DNA of 63,559 nt, filler included, from Choristocarpus tenellus KU-1152 (lineage: Eukaryota > Protista > Phaeophyceae), in assembly GCA_964200185.2 (NCBI GenBank). It is 9 parts of 9 records of this genome, joined end to end, with 100 filler letters (N's around TTAATTAATTAA, not from the genome) between each part and the next. Parts side by side here need not be neighbours in the genome. Positions count along the whole stretch, not along the records: positions 11,882 to 23,929 come from CAXNAD020002008.1; positions 24,030 to 32,173 come from CAXNAD020005084.1; 7 more parts are not named here. One strand, 5' to 3'. Position numbers and translations under genes: made by a program. Below the pieces are notes generated by a model. That model saw only the letters and a list, made by a program, of their open reading frames with translations, did not search any database and was not told the origin of the DNA. Shown here piece after piece: positions 13,445 to 26,939 of this stretch. Positions within the stretch are counted from its first letter, which is position 1. Every line of letters starts with the position of its first letter.

Positions 13445-16400
13445 GTGGGGGTGGATACAACAAATAGTGAGACTAGTACTCAATAACCTTGCGTAAAGAG
13501 GTGGGGAGTTGCATAGGACATCAACATTTTGTAATGTGACATCATGACCAAGCCATCCATACACGTTCTGAACATGAATAATAGATATTTTTTACTTTGC
13601 TATAACATGAGTGTAATCCTGACTTCAAACCTCAATCTACAACGGCTAGGGTATTTGTAGTAGAGATTGTAATTCAAACGGCTAGCGGATAATCCAGCTT
13701 TCAAAATGGCAGAGAAAATACAGTACTGCAGAACTCTTACGTAAGTCACTATTCTTAGCCATTTCCCTAAAGTAGTGTTCTCTCTCGTCTGCTAGAACAA
13801 ACAACCATGAATTGGGCAGGCTGGTACGCCACACTCTGGGTCATTGATGGCTTGGGAAGGTAACTATGTGTATCTGTTGTTATTAGGCCCTGATTATAGT
13901 TTGGTGAAAAACAAATCAGTGCTTACAGAACTTGACCCCCGGCTTATTGCATCAGGAAATATTTGATTCGCTAATATCAAGGACAGAAAGAACGTAATAT
14001 GCCATCTTTTGTAGAGGTGGGCTGGTTGCAAGTTCATTTTCCCTCTACTACTACTGGAATACAATGGATCGCAACTGTAAGTTCCACTGGGGTAAGAATA
14101 CAATTCTACTGGACATTTGATTTCCAAGCTGATAGTACTCCAAGCCCTCGAAGCATATCCTATTGGCTAAGCAACTCTTTGTGGAGTAGGTAGTACACAG
14201 CACAAGCAACAAATAGAGCATTGTTACTTCTGCAGAATCTTAGTAGCAGTTCTCCTTACTTGTTGGAGATGAAGAACACACTACAAGTCGAAGCATCCAA
14301 GAGCACAAACTTACCCTCTGGTGATCAATGAATTTGTTCCTGATTCTTAGTAGAGGTTATAAACCCTTGAAGTTGGATCAAATGTACAACAGATTGGGAC
14401 AAGAGAAGATTCATACTCTACGAAGTACCAGATGCATGTGATTATTTGACGGGCTACACACCTCTCCACTTAGCTTAGTGGTTAAAAGGAGACTGATCTC
14501 TGTATGATGTTTGTCGAACCAAATCCTATCGATGCAACACTCCCTTTACTGCAAAACCGGTTTCAACTATCCAAAGCCTATGTGGCAAACAGTATGGATT
14601 GTACACCTGTAATATCATATCTGTTGCTGCACCAGGAAAACGACGGAATCAAGGAAGAGAAGACAAGGTTTTATAACCGAGCGACACCTAGGTAGATACT
14701 GCACAATATTTGAGAGAGGCAAAGTGATAACTGAACCCAACACATGAGAAACACAGTACGAATGCTGTACAGTTTTTCGAAGTGCGCAAAAAGATGGAGT
14801 AGTATAGTACGAGAAATAAGTGCAGTGTGTAGTGTCTTTGAACATTAGACTACATAGTCCCCTGACTAGAGGGAAAATAGTAGAACCATAGTACAAACCC
14901 CAACAGCCTTAGTCTAGAGTCCTACTAACAAGATCTATCGCAGTATTATATTCACATTTCTTCACTTGCATTGCCCCATTTGAAATTGTGCTGCAGTGTA
15001 AGCACATTTAGAGTCGCCTGTACTTACTTGCCTGGCAGCAGCTTCTGAGTGAAAGCGCAACCACTACAAAAATATTGTTGGCATTGCATCCACGTAGGAA
15101 AATCTAGATGACACACATTCACAGAGAAGGCATCTTTCAGGTGACATGCGTAGTATTTTGAAGCAATTGAGTACTCCGGAATACATTATTACAGTAACAC
15201 TTCCTGAACCTAATAGTTATGTATGCACAGTTGAATACACATGTAGGTCATTGGGCGAGGTACCAACAAGCTCAGGGCATACAAACAACAGCCCGCCCTG
15301 AACAAAAACTCTCTAAAGCTCTCAAAATGTTGGACTGTGCAATTAATGGGGGCAAGCAAGGCTGCCCACCAGTCACGTCAACACGGAACAAATGGCTCTT
15401 TAGTTTCACCACCACGAAATAGGTTCAGCAGATGTACCAAGATTGTTGGAGGCACCACACTAGCAAAGCCTTAACACTAATCCAACTATTAATAGTGCCA
15501 CAAAGGCACACTCCTCTTTTGGTATAGCCCTTTCATTTGCAGGCCATATAGAAACTGTCTTGTTATGAGGATCCATGTTTGGCACCATGATAAGCTGTAG
15601 TGAGTAGTTGAAGTGAGGCCTCTGAGAGCATCCTCACACATCATCTTTGAATAGTGATCTGATTGATCAGCACTCCACATACGCAAATAAGCACTGAGTC
15701 ATGCCAATGCTCAGGAGAAGAGACAGGGTTCAAAAACAAAGATTTCCAACAATAGATAATGCAGTAGACTGCAAGGCAACTCCTCTTGGGCTTGTATTAG
15801 ATGTTATGTGGTAATGCAACACAAAGTGCAAAGATGAGAAGAGTCCCTGGATAGCACATTCACCTAATAGATGTATTTGCCAGGCAACCTCTCCTACTTT
15901 TCTCAATTTGCAACTTGTGTTTGATTTATTCTGTGTATGCTAACAAGTCTGGGAGGTTGGGGTGGTTCAAGTTAGAGATACAAAAAATCTCAAAACTTTG
16001 AGGTAACATAAAACGACTCATTCGTAAAATCATAACAAGAGGTCATCCACATTTGGCTTGCACTCTGTAAAAAGGGAACATAGCCCGAAGGTAAGGCATA
16101 CATGACTCTGTTCTAACAGTAACCACTATGTGTATGCTTAAACACACATGGTCCTAACACAAAAATATATCACAGTAGACACGCTTCTCTTTCTATAACA
16201 AAACTAACACCACACACATCAACAGCATATGAACAGAGATATGCACACACCTGACCCACAAAATTGATATAGTCTTGGAAATTCGCAACTATAAACTCAT
16301 TTTATCTTCCAGTTGATATCTGGGGTCTACTCAGGTGAGAATAGACAACGTATGCCTGACACTGTAGTTCAATCATCTTTCCAGCCCCATTTGTCGTCAA

Positions 16401-16468
16401 CATTGTAATGCCTGCTGCATCGGATCAGACTGGTACATGAAAGGGATTAAGCTTAGCAGTGGAAAAAT

Positions 16469-19400
16469 TCACACAGCCACTGACCCTGTTCCTAACCGTC
16501 CAACCATTTCATCTGGAGTAGTAGTGACGACAGCAGCACCAGCATCAATCTCATCTATGGGAATTGCAGCTAAGTCCACCATGCCATCTAATCTAGATCT
16601 CATCACATATTCATGGTGTGGGGGGGGAGGGAGTGGAATGGGAAAGGTGACAAGAAGGGGTCAAGTAAGGCTGTGCGTTGAAGTAACTTTGCAGTCATTG
16701 AAATGTTTGCAGTCAAGGTGCAACACCAAAGCAAAAAAGACCACATCAATGAATCTACATATTCAGCACATTTTCCCTTTCGAAATATAAATTCCAAGGT
16801 CACCTACTCTACCAATTGAGAAAGTCTAACATTACCTTGCCATCGAGAACTTCAAATTACTCCACTAGCAACAAAAAGAGTAGAGCAGTTAAAGAAATAG
16901 GAAAAATACCTCACCGAATTCCTACCACGTTGAACAATATCGCGTAACCATTTGGAATGCTTGAGGTGGTACGCCAATCAGTTTAATCTCAAAATGCTGC
17001 TAGACCTCAAATGGAGACAGAGAGGAGCGAGGTGTGTGCCTGCACTTGTTTATTGCACAATATCAACTGGAAGGAGACAGCAAAACAAATCTTGCTACAT
17101 CCACACTGTCCTGACAGAAACGCCTCCTTTCCTTTCAAAAATCCTGGGAAGGTGTTTGCACTTCCTGATACATCTGCCAATGGATGGGAAGATGTAGCTC
17201 GATAGGCGAAAAAAATGCATGGACAAAACATCACTCCTGCTCACAAGGCGACAGCTTGTTAGCGGTTGCTGCACACGGCTGAGGTATATTCTACTCCTGA
17301 GTATTACGCAGCATAAACCAGCCATACAACACTAGGTCAACATGAATTTCAATTAGCCACTATCAGAGCCTGGTGAACACCCTAACCAACCATGTGCTAT
17401 TCCGGGGCAACAAACACCAAAATAAAAGAGAGAACCAGGGTATACCCTTCATGAGTCCAACAGACGCCTATATGGAAAAGAGAAACAAGAGAATATGCAA
17501 AACAGTAAATAAAAAGCACTTGTTTCAACCACGATGATAAATAGGAAGTAATGTGCATGTCTCACTTGTGGTGCACACAAAAAGATGCTCCAGCAGCAGT
17601 TGTCCTTCCAAATGTAGGTCGTAGGACACAACCCTTTGAACCACATCGACGATTCCGGATATTTGCCATGCCCGCCTGAAGCACAAAGAGAAAGGACAGT
17701 ATGCTGCATCTTGAGACAGTATTACAGTAGTACATCTCAATTCTAAAACATACAGTCTTGTTCTCCTTGGGTGGGGAGGACGGCAAAGATTCCACGATTG
17801 CACCATCAAAAGCACAGTATGCAGTAAGGACAGAGCATTTGAGCATCAACAGAGACACACCAAAAACACTTATTTCCTATCAGCTACTGTCAGGACTGCA
17901 GTCATGCTAACTTAACCAAAAGCCAACAGAAAAAAAACCCATGCCAACCAGCAATATGTAACACCCCACACACCTGCTTGTGAGTGTGACAATAGGAAGC
18001 CCTGCGATCAGTGAATCTCCCAAAGCTCGGTCGGATTGTGCACCTTCAAGAGTTGAGATTCAGGAGGCATACATATGTGTGTTAGAAATGTTTGCATGTC
18101 AAAAGATGGACGGAAGATGTTGGCAATTATCGTAATCATTGCACACTAGAGATACATACATGTCAAGATATTGAGATACCACTTGTCCATCAAGGGCACA
18201 GCAAAACGAATAAGGAGTTTATTAGCAGGTCATGTGCACAATACAGATAATCATGGGTTGTTTATGAGATAGTGAAAGCATCAGGTGAGAACAATGGGGC
18301 TGGGGGTGCACAGAATAATCACTGCAATTATGGTGACCTTTGTTGTTCAAAGAACAGATACAGCGATGATCTGGTCAATCTCAAGACTTTGAACCAAGAT
18401 GAAGAGCATTCCAAAAGATTCAAGGGCCCTTAGAAATTTTGATATGATATGTTGTGGGTAATCAGTTTCAAGATTGGTAACTGAGCAGAGTGGTGAATCC
18501 CCAAGTCTCTCAGTGGGGAGCACTTTGCCCATCCTCAAATGGATACACGGTGAACGTTGCAATGCTCTGCTAAACAACCCACTAAAGAAATTCCAGCTCT
18601 TATTTCTCTTGTCATTTGATGCACACTAAACTTTCCTCACACCATACACCAAAAACATGCACCTCACACCACTATACCAATCATACCGCTCACTATCACA
18701 GACAAGTTGAGAGCCTCAATCAAAAACAATGTCATGAAAAAGAGGTGCATCTGCAAACGGGTTGCCTATCAGGATAAACTCAACCCTAACACTAAACTAT
18801 ACACATTAAAACACCCACCTTTTGTGCCTGATGAACCATCTAGCTTCCTGGCATAAAGAGTAGTCAAATTTGACTACAGGTATCTGTTACCTCTTTGCAT
18901 CACACCTATATGCTGTATGCTCAGGTGTACAACGCACTTGAAACACAAGGTTGTGTGCCAAAACATGTTTTTCTTGTGCAGGCAAATATGTCTACAGGTA
19001 GGAAATAAGAATGGCATTGACTGGAGGTACTCCACTCTTTCAAAGTCTTGTTCTCCCATTTTTCACGCCCTTTTGCACCAATTTTACTCTTCCAAACATC
19101 TTTGTTTTTTTCTGAATGTCAAGGTCTACAGTAGGATTTTGTTGATGACCTCTGCGCCTAGTCATTTCTTTGTTCATAGGTGCTTTGCTACCACGGTCAC
19201 ACACTCAATAATAATGACTATATTTACAAATTAAAACAGTGAGTATGTTCCCAGCTATTCTCCTGCAATAGGAAAGCAAAAAAGGTCTCAGGTCAATATA
19301 GATCAGGGGCGCACAATACTTCTTTCCACTTACCCTTTACTTTGACATCGAGGTGAACAAATGTTAACCATGCCAAATCGTTTGTGTGCCTGGCAATATG

Positions 19401-22299
19401 AAGCCCGGCGATCTCCATCCATGCCATAACTGGGTTGCCGTGGACATCTGGGTGCCACAACAAGTCGTCCACATCAAGGGTGGGAGGGATACAAGAGGGG
19501 ATTCCTGAAGGCATGATTCTTGTCTGAGGGTATAGGGGAATAGGTCTGTTGACAACTAGGGAGATAACTCTCTTCTCTCTCACAAAGCAAAAGTACACCA
19601 GGAAACCCCCTCTGAATTCCAGCAAAAACATTTTAAATATCCAAAACATACCGCATATACCTTCCTTCCCCCCCTCTCTCCCTACATAGATGAGTTTCTC
19701 ACAAGGACAAACATTAACCTCCATGCACATCTCCACTTGGTTATTCAACTTCCCTCACCCAGGGTTGTCACAACGACGGTGTGTGACATTAACCATCCCT
19801 GGCACCTTGTGCGACCCACAGAACTTTGCTTGTGCTCCCTCCACCCCAAAGCTTGCCGCCAGCTGGCATTGGGGCATTTCACACCGCTTCTTTCCAGCCT
19901 TGACTCTGGAGCATCCAACTCTTGCCCAGGAGCACGACCACGAGACCTTCGAAGACCCATGCACCTTCGATGCCTCACCTAGGCATTCTTCTCGTTCCTC
20001 CTCTTCCGAGTCTGCTTCATCCCCCCCTGCCCACATCATTGAAGATGATGATACTGTGCTGTTCTCATCCTTCCTTTCTTCCCCAAAAGGCAGGTTACTA
20101 CCATTGTCGTAATTGTCATCATCATAGCATGTGCGCCAATTCCTTACAGAACACTTTCGCTTCCTCTTCCCTTCCCCAGTCCCTCCAGCCTTTGAACCCA
20201 TCAAAGAGGAAGTGGAGGAGAGGGAGGAGGAGGAAAAGGAGGGGGAGGAGGGAGAGCTATTTTCAACTTGAGTCGTTGACAGCAAATTTGGTTCATTCCC
20301 TAGCTCCATGGATTGGTATTCTGCTTTAGGACGGCATTGTCCCAACAATGTACAAGTTGTTGTAGCAGCAGCAATTGCAGCAGTAGCTGCGGCTGCGGCA
20401 GTTGCTGCAACGCCGTCTTCATCCAGTCCATGACTTTCTGCCACACTGAGAGGAATCCGGATGAAAATTGGCTGGGTGGGCAAGGGGTCAGGTGCTCCTA
20501 TGAATTCTGTTCCCTCCACAGTTGTATTGCATGCTCTCTTGTGTTCACCTATCAATTCATTCTTTATCTCAGGTTGCTCTTGCTGATTGCCCCCTATTGG
20601 GGCCTCCCCTTCTTCGTGCTCTATGATAGGCTCACACACAGAAGACATCTCAGGAACAGTTGAAGTGGAGTGAGTGGCATGCTCCACTGCAGCATAAGGT
20701 CCTGAAGGCCCCCCCTGCGCTGCTGCTAAACAGGCATCCTCAGAATGCATTCCATTCCCAGCATCCATTGTATTCCTATCGCTCTTGTTGGCCCTATCTA
20801 GATCCATACTTTCAACCAAGGTTGAGGCCCTGCCAATGCCGGAGGTGATGGCGGTGGTGCCTCCATGGTTTCTATGAGGAAATGAACTTCTTCCAGTCCA
20901 GTTCAGAGGTTTCGAGTAGGAGGGTTCTTGCAAGTTGGTCCCCTTCTCATCTTCTATTTTGGGTGTGGCACAAAAGGAATCTACAACAGGAACAGCCACT
21001 AAAGTGGTCAAGGTTGAGGCTGAGGAGGTAAGGGCTCGGCTCACACCTGGGGTTGACGACAGGTTTGAGGCTGATACTGGGGTTTGCTCTAATTTAACCC
21101 TACGTACAGGCATTTGGTACAGCTTGTGGCGCTTCCGCAATGGTTTCGATCCTAAGGTCACCGTGGACCCCGCCCCCTGGTCTGATGAAACCCTGTTAAT
21201 GCCAGAGACAGCCTCTTCACCAGCCTCCCCACCAGCAGGAGTGGTGCAGGTAATCCTCAATTTTGATGGGGGATTCTTTACAGTTTGGTATCTGGCACCA
21301 TGAGCAGGGGGGTTCCCAGGAAAGGTGGATGTTGCCTCTGTTCTTCTGGGGGGCATCCGCAACTTTAGGAGCGGGATAGGATGTTTGGCATCCGTGTTTG
21401 ATGCGGCCACAGACTTGCCAGTTCGTGTCAGGTTTGTTGAGTTCGTGATGGAATGGGCTAGTGGTAGGGCAGTCAACTGACATGAAGGATCTGAATTACG
21501 ATTGGGCAGTGCCTCTTGAACATCATTTGATGTTGATGATGGATGCTGACCCTGCAGAGTATTCGGTACTTGAGGATACGAAGAGTGGAATGGGAGGGAT
21601 GTGGTGGAAAGGAGTGTCAGGTGGGCGACGCAAATATCCAACACACATTGCGAGAGGAGAGTAGGGGTGCGGAACGAGGAAGCATACCATCTAATTCCCG
21701 GCGGAGAAGGACGAGCTGAACATCCCTCAGCTGTTCCTCCTTCTTCTGAAGCGTCTTGAGCTGACCCAAAAGCGAGTCCTAGGGGTCAGTGAGGTGACGA
21801 TATATTCATTGGGGCCAAGGGGCAAAAGAGTGATGCTGAGTGGAACCATCATTCCAAAACTTGCAACTGACTGCAAATATTAATAGCAGCCTACTGGTAG
21901 GATGAATCGCGAAGGAGAATGATAGTTGTGCAGTAATAAGAGTGAACATTGTATCTTGATGTAACTTGTTTACATAATTCAACCAGGGTTGAGGTTGGAG
22001 GTCATCGAGGAACCAACAGCGTGGCACCATGAAAGAGATTGACGTCTTGATTCCCCATGTATCGCACATACCAAGTGCGAAAACATCATACGCATTTCTT
22101 TATAAACGCGACATGGGCAGGGCCAGGACTGTGGAGGGTTAGTGTCAGAAGTTCCCCCGTTTCTCACCTTGTCACTTGCATCAAGACCAAGATATGACCC
22201 TCGCCCTTCCAAGGCAGCTTCACACTTCTCGATACGCCCTTCGACCGCTAGCAATTGCGCGCTCACATCTCCAACGTTTGAGCGATGCTTCCGGTTCAT
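16469..22299 (-). CDS. EsV-1-7 repeat protein, ~816 aa (exons 22299-22168, 21778-21688, 21568-19759, 19447-19334, 18043-17974, 17675-17566, 16592-16469)
   Basis: Phase-consistent GT-AG splicing gives four C-x4-C-x3-[AP][ST][FY]G...C-x2-HK-x2-GM[VA][ND] repeats (CEMPQC..FCGSHKVPGMVNV; CDNPGC..YCQAHKRFGMVNI; CQSKGC..YCHTHKQAGMANI; CGSKGC..FCVHHKLDGMVDL), the EsV-1-7 motif; the 3' end is less certain. Confidence 0.85.
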
Positions 22300-23089
22300 C
22301 GTTCTGTGATAGGAAAACCACTTTACCCCTCAACCCACCATGTTAACACGACAATGAGTATACATCTCGCGCATTCTGCGCGCTAGGTTTGGAAAGAATG
22401 ATCCCCACTGCAACCAAAATAAAATTCTCAAATAATATTTATTTGTACTATTTTGATAGGACAAAAACCCCTCTCTTATATCCCAATCCTCTCTTATTGT
22501 ATATAAGACAGCTTTTCTCTTAAACTGTGGGAACGTGATAAGAGAATCCTAAGTTATATCAAACAACAGTCTTCATAAGCGCTTTATACTTGTCCCCGAA
22601 CGACGACAGAGCGACGCCCTTGCTGTATGTGCTTCCCATATGCCTTCACGAGTAGTTGCATGTAGATATCTATTGAACATTGCCCTCGGTGAGTCCATTT
22701 CGATGAAGCTTTGGTGGTGCAGCAAGCACCACATCTTCACCACTCCTGCATAGCATACCAGTCTCATATATATACAGTACTGCAACTTTGGTAAATTACA
22801 CTCATTACGATGTATTCACTCTTACGTATCGTACACCTTCCCAAGAAAAGCATCCGCAAGCCGTTGGATGGATGGACAGACGACTCGCAGTTCAAATCAA
22901 ATCAACGTTCAAAGCCAATCTCCCTCCGATGCCCTACCCATGTATTCCATTCCACTCTACATGGATAAAATAAAGTACAGTATCAAAAACGCCACGTGAA
23001 TCAAACGAAGCTGCACCGTCATGCACCCCCTATCTCACTCAACGAGCGTAACAACTTATTCGCTAATTAAAAAATCGTGACCAGCCAAA

Positions 23090-23475
23090 ATATCGCGTAT
23101 GTCCACTCATTTGATTGCCCTTGCCTCGATTGCACTGAGCCAAGCCAGCTTTGCTTTACGGAGATGATATGAAACATCATTCATGCTACACTCTTCGGCG
23201 GTTGAATCTTAGCTTGCAAATTCGCCACCTACTTGAGAGTGCGGTGGTGGAGGAATCAAGAACACTGAAGAGGCTGCTCCTTTCCTCACGACCCCCGATG
23301 CGCTGCCCCCTCCCATAAACCCATCGTCATCCTCGTCACCCGAGCTTTCAATGTCTGACTGGTAGATGGATTCCTCGAGCAGCTGGTCTTTCGTGTCGTC
23401 TAGTATATCGCATGGACCCCTTCATCGTTGTCTTCCACACCAATCCACGTTCTCGTCGCGTCAATGGAAGCCTGG
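23090..23475 (-). pseudogene. Decayed C-terminal fragment resembling brown-algal pogo/Tigger-like (DDE_1) transposases
   Basis: ASIDATRTWIGVEDNDEGVHA/ILDDTKDQLLEES...DEDDDG...PPPPHSQVGGEFAS*DSTAEECSMNDVSYHLRKAKLAWLSA, with a 2-nt frameshift and a stop; family assignment from memory. Confidence 0.4.
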
Positions 23476-24029
23476 ACGGTTTTCCGCCGGGTTCGAGGTG
23501 CAGAGCGTTAAAGAGCACACAGAGATCCTCATTAATATATAGGGACACCTTGTACGAGCAAAATGGCCATCCGTGATAATACCGTGTACAGTGCAGATAT
23601 TTCAATAATACTACACGACAGAAAATGAGAGTTTATGAAATAATCTGAGTTTTGTGGGCGGAAGAATTCTGTTTGGTTGGGGGCACAGGACAAGCGTGGG
23701 CAGGGGAAAGAAAAGAAGGAAGCAGGAAGAGAACGAATAGTTAAGGAAGGGAAGACAAGATTAACGGAAATGAGTGGTAGAAAAGGGGAGAAACAGCATT
23801 CAGTGATTGATAAAAGGGAAGAGAACCAGGGGTACAGGACGAGGAGGGGAGACCGAGGCAACCCCTGCGCAAGCTCTCCCGCCCACCCACCCTGTTGCTT
23901 GCTCACAAACGACAGGAACACTGGGAGGGNNNNNNNNNNNNNNNNNNNNNNNNNNNNNNNNNNNNNNNNNNNNTTAATTAATTAANNNNNNNNNNNNNNN
24001 NNNNNNNNNNNNNNNNNNNNNNNNNNNNN

Positions 24030-24262
24030 ATACTTCAACAACTCAATGTTTCTCCCACAGAATCATATTTATCACATGAATAAAAAGCATATTCTTAACA
24101 TTGACAATTGTGTTGTTAGGAAGTGTCAATATCCTTGTTCCGGACACAACTTTTCATAATATACACATTTCACCTACTCCGAAACATTTCAGAGTAGGTG
24201 AAATCTCATAAAAAACCTGTGGCAAGCCAAGCCCAAAACGGAGAGAGCAAAACTCCCCTACT
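24030..24262. mobile_element. Partial MITE, family A, at contig start
   Basis: GGAAGTGTCAATATCCTTGTTCCGGACAC...CCTACTCCGAAACATTTCAGAGTAGG...CAAAACTC matches the family A interior. Confidence 0.7.
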
Positions 24263-24590
24263 TTTGAAATTTATCGTCTTTACTGTCCGGCACAACGCAT
24301 CAAACTTCTTCATTACTGTCTGCCCTATGTCAGACACAATCCTGTGCATGGTTGCCTTACCGACTTCTGACCCCAGTCGGCGCATAAATCCTTTTGATGT
24401 TCATCTTTCACTTCCGCGGTTCCAAAATATGTTTTCCTGCTTAGGGTTCTTGCTTCAAATCGGTACACATCACCCCCAACTGTCTTGCCGTGCTTTTGAA
24501 ATTTATTGTCTTTACCTTCCGGTAGAACACATTAAATTTCTTCATTGCTGTCTGCCCTATGTCAGACACAATCCTGTGCATGGTTGCTTT
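24260..24590. repeat. ~95-bp direct repeat pair
   Basis: CTTTTGAAATTTAT...TTCTTCATT.CTGTCTGCCCTATGTCAGACACAATCCTGTGCATGGTTGC at ~24261 and ~24494. Confidence 0.85.
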
Positions 24591-24961
24591 TCACCCCCGC
24601 ACACCGACACTAACCATATCTTTACCCTAACACTTGCACTGAGCCCATCTGCATCACGTGCCAACCTAAAATAGACAAGAGTCTTACCTGAATTACGTAC
24701 CAGTGCCTTCGTCAACCCTACTTACACTAGCCCTAACCCTACCTCATCAGGATTTATTCAACCCACTAACCCTAACCAGACTCAAGGGTTGTATATCTTG
24801 AGATGCTTCCAACGAAACATAGGACAATAGGCCTTGACCAATAAGCCTTTGTGAACACATCCAGAGTCCGTCGACACATTACATCAAAGAAACACTTCCC
24901 TAACCCGAAATTAGAACCTGACCCTCTTCCCTTCCTTCATGCCAACAACTTTTCCTCTAAC

Positions 24962-25296
24962 ACCCTGAGCGACAACCCCGTTTGTGTACATACTAAATCC
25001 GACACATGCAAGCAAATAAATGAAATACTAAATTTAAAATAGTACAAAGATTATTTTTTAATTTTCCTCGTGCACACACCGGGAAAAGAGGCCCTAACTG
25101 ACAGTAATCTTTTTGTACATACCAGACACGACTCATTCAAGCTAATAAACGAAAAAACTAACCTCGAAACAGTCCATGTTTTTTTTTCAGTTCCTCGTGC
25201 TAGCACTGGGAAAACACACCCTAACCGACAGCCCTATTTATGTGCTGACCAAATCCCACTCATACAACCAAACAAATAATAACTAGCCCTGAAACA
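24962..25296. repeat. Degenerate ~130-bp tandem array (about 2.5 units)
   Basis: Recurring CCCTAAC.GACAG...TGTACATAC...TTCCTCGTGC...GGGAAAA units. Confidence 0.65.
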
Positions 25297-25351
25297 ACCA
25301 ATGGCACATCTCTCATTCTTCATCCTATCTGTACAACCAACATACACGTCG

Positions 25352-25608
25352 GAGTGAAGTATCTTAGAGGGCACGAGTCTTTCCCTCTTTGTCCATATGG
25401 GGCTTGGCTTCCCTCGGGTGTTTTATGTCAGTTTCCTACTCCAAAATATTTCGGAGTAGGTAAAATGTATACATTATGAAAAGGTGTGTCCGGAACATGG
25501 ATATCGACACTCCCCAACAAACACGATAGCCAAAATTACAACATAATCGTAACATTGGATTTTGGCCCCCAAATGGACGCTGCTCTACCGTCTAAGACGC
25601 TTTGGCTC
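25352..25608. mobile_element. MITE, family A
   Basis: GAGTGAAGTATCTTAGAGGG...CTACCGTCTAAGACGCTTTGGCTC; TCG on both flanks. Confidence 0.85.
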
Positions 25609-26939
25609 TCGACATAAGCCTCTCTGAACACATTCGAAATCCGACTCATGCAAACGTCGAAACCCCTAACCAAGCAGATGCAATTGGAGGCATATATTCC
25701 AATTCCTATTGCGTACGCAAGGACAGAAGGGAAACTAACCAACAGTCTATTTTTTTGGCTAACATTTCCAATCCGACACGTGCGACCAAATTACACCAAA
25801 AAGTGAAAATCGAAAAAAGGGTGAAAAACGGACGCCAGCATCCCCCCCCCAGATACTTTGACCCAATTTAATGTTCAAGTCCACCTAAGTTTCTTCTCTT
25901 TTAGGGTGAAGTGGTTGAGGTTGCATGTTTTTGCTGTCAAGTGTATAGACCTTTTCCACGTATCGTATATTAAACTTTTGCAAAGCAGGGATTAAGACAT
26001 CAAGTAGAAGTATTGTGGACATAATTTTGTTCATGAGCAACGATTTGTATGACATTGGTCATCATCTCTTCAAGATGTGGTGATCATTTCAAGCCTAAGG
26101 AAAATACGAAGTATAGCAAGACAATGTATCACTGGAAGAAAGTAGTACTAGTCCACATACATGGGAGATCGTGTCAATGTTCTCCTCCTCCCAATCGAGT
26201 GGGCACGCTTTCCCACATGCAAAGAAAGTAAAGGATAGGGCAAGAGATCGAATGGGACTGAAAGATCCACTCCAATCGACTTCATCAAACCCCGAAATCT
26301 TGTGAAGGATCAAGTTACTACTGGTCATACCTTAAAATATTGAAGAAATTTCCAACCCTTACATTTGAACTAAAATATAGTCGCTGCTCAACACGGTGAC
26401 TGGGGAGAAAAGAAAGGTCAAGACTGGTAGAAGTTTTGCTGGAGTGGAGAGATTTCTGGGTCTGAGGAAATAGACCTTTGGTACTGGTGAGGTTGTTCGG
26501 TTGACATCACCTAGCAGAGAGTTGGACTCCAACCCCGATGATTTCTTCCCTATCTACGAATTCTCCCATTTAGATGCCTTGGAGATGCAATCGTACCTAC
26601 TGCCTTCAGTACAGGGTGCGTACTATTCATGAAACAACCCAAGTGGAGTAGGTAACTGTATCTACAACACGCTGCGTAATAGAGGAAGAGGGGGAAATAT
26701 TTCACAACGAAGAAAGAGCGAAGCTACTTCAATCACTGTTGGCATGGGCACAGCACAGGTAGCCTACACATGGACAAGCTGAACGGATGGAAATGTATAT
26801 TTTTTTTATTCCGTGAATGAGGGGTACCAAAATTATTTGTAACGCCCACTTCGCGAAGTGATGTAATGAAGAACAGAATCGAATTCATTGACATCAATAC
26901 CGCGGCAATACAATCTTCTCGTAGAAAAAAGTATCCAGC

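Noticed and set aside
16915-16990. Possible selenocysteine TGA in minus-strand frame RLN*LAYHLKHSKW
   Set aside because: No redox motif or homology; it lies within an intron of the EsV-1-7 model, whose HHK|LDGMVDL junction is explained without it.
19755-21644. 629-aa ORF as a standalone or endogenous viral gene
   Set aside because: It is one exon of a spliced host gene; no NCLDV core genes or gene-dense intronless region is nearby.
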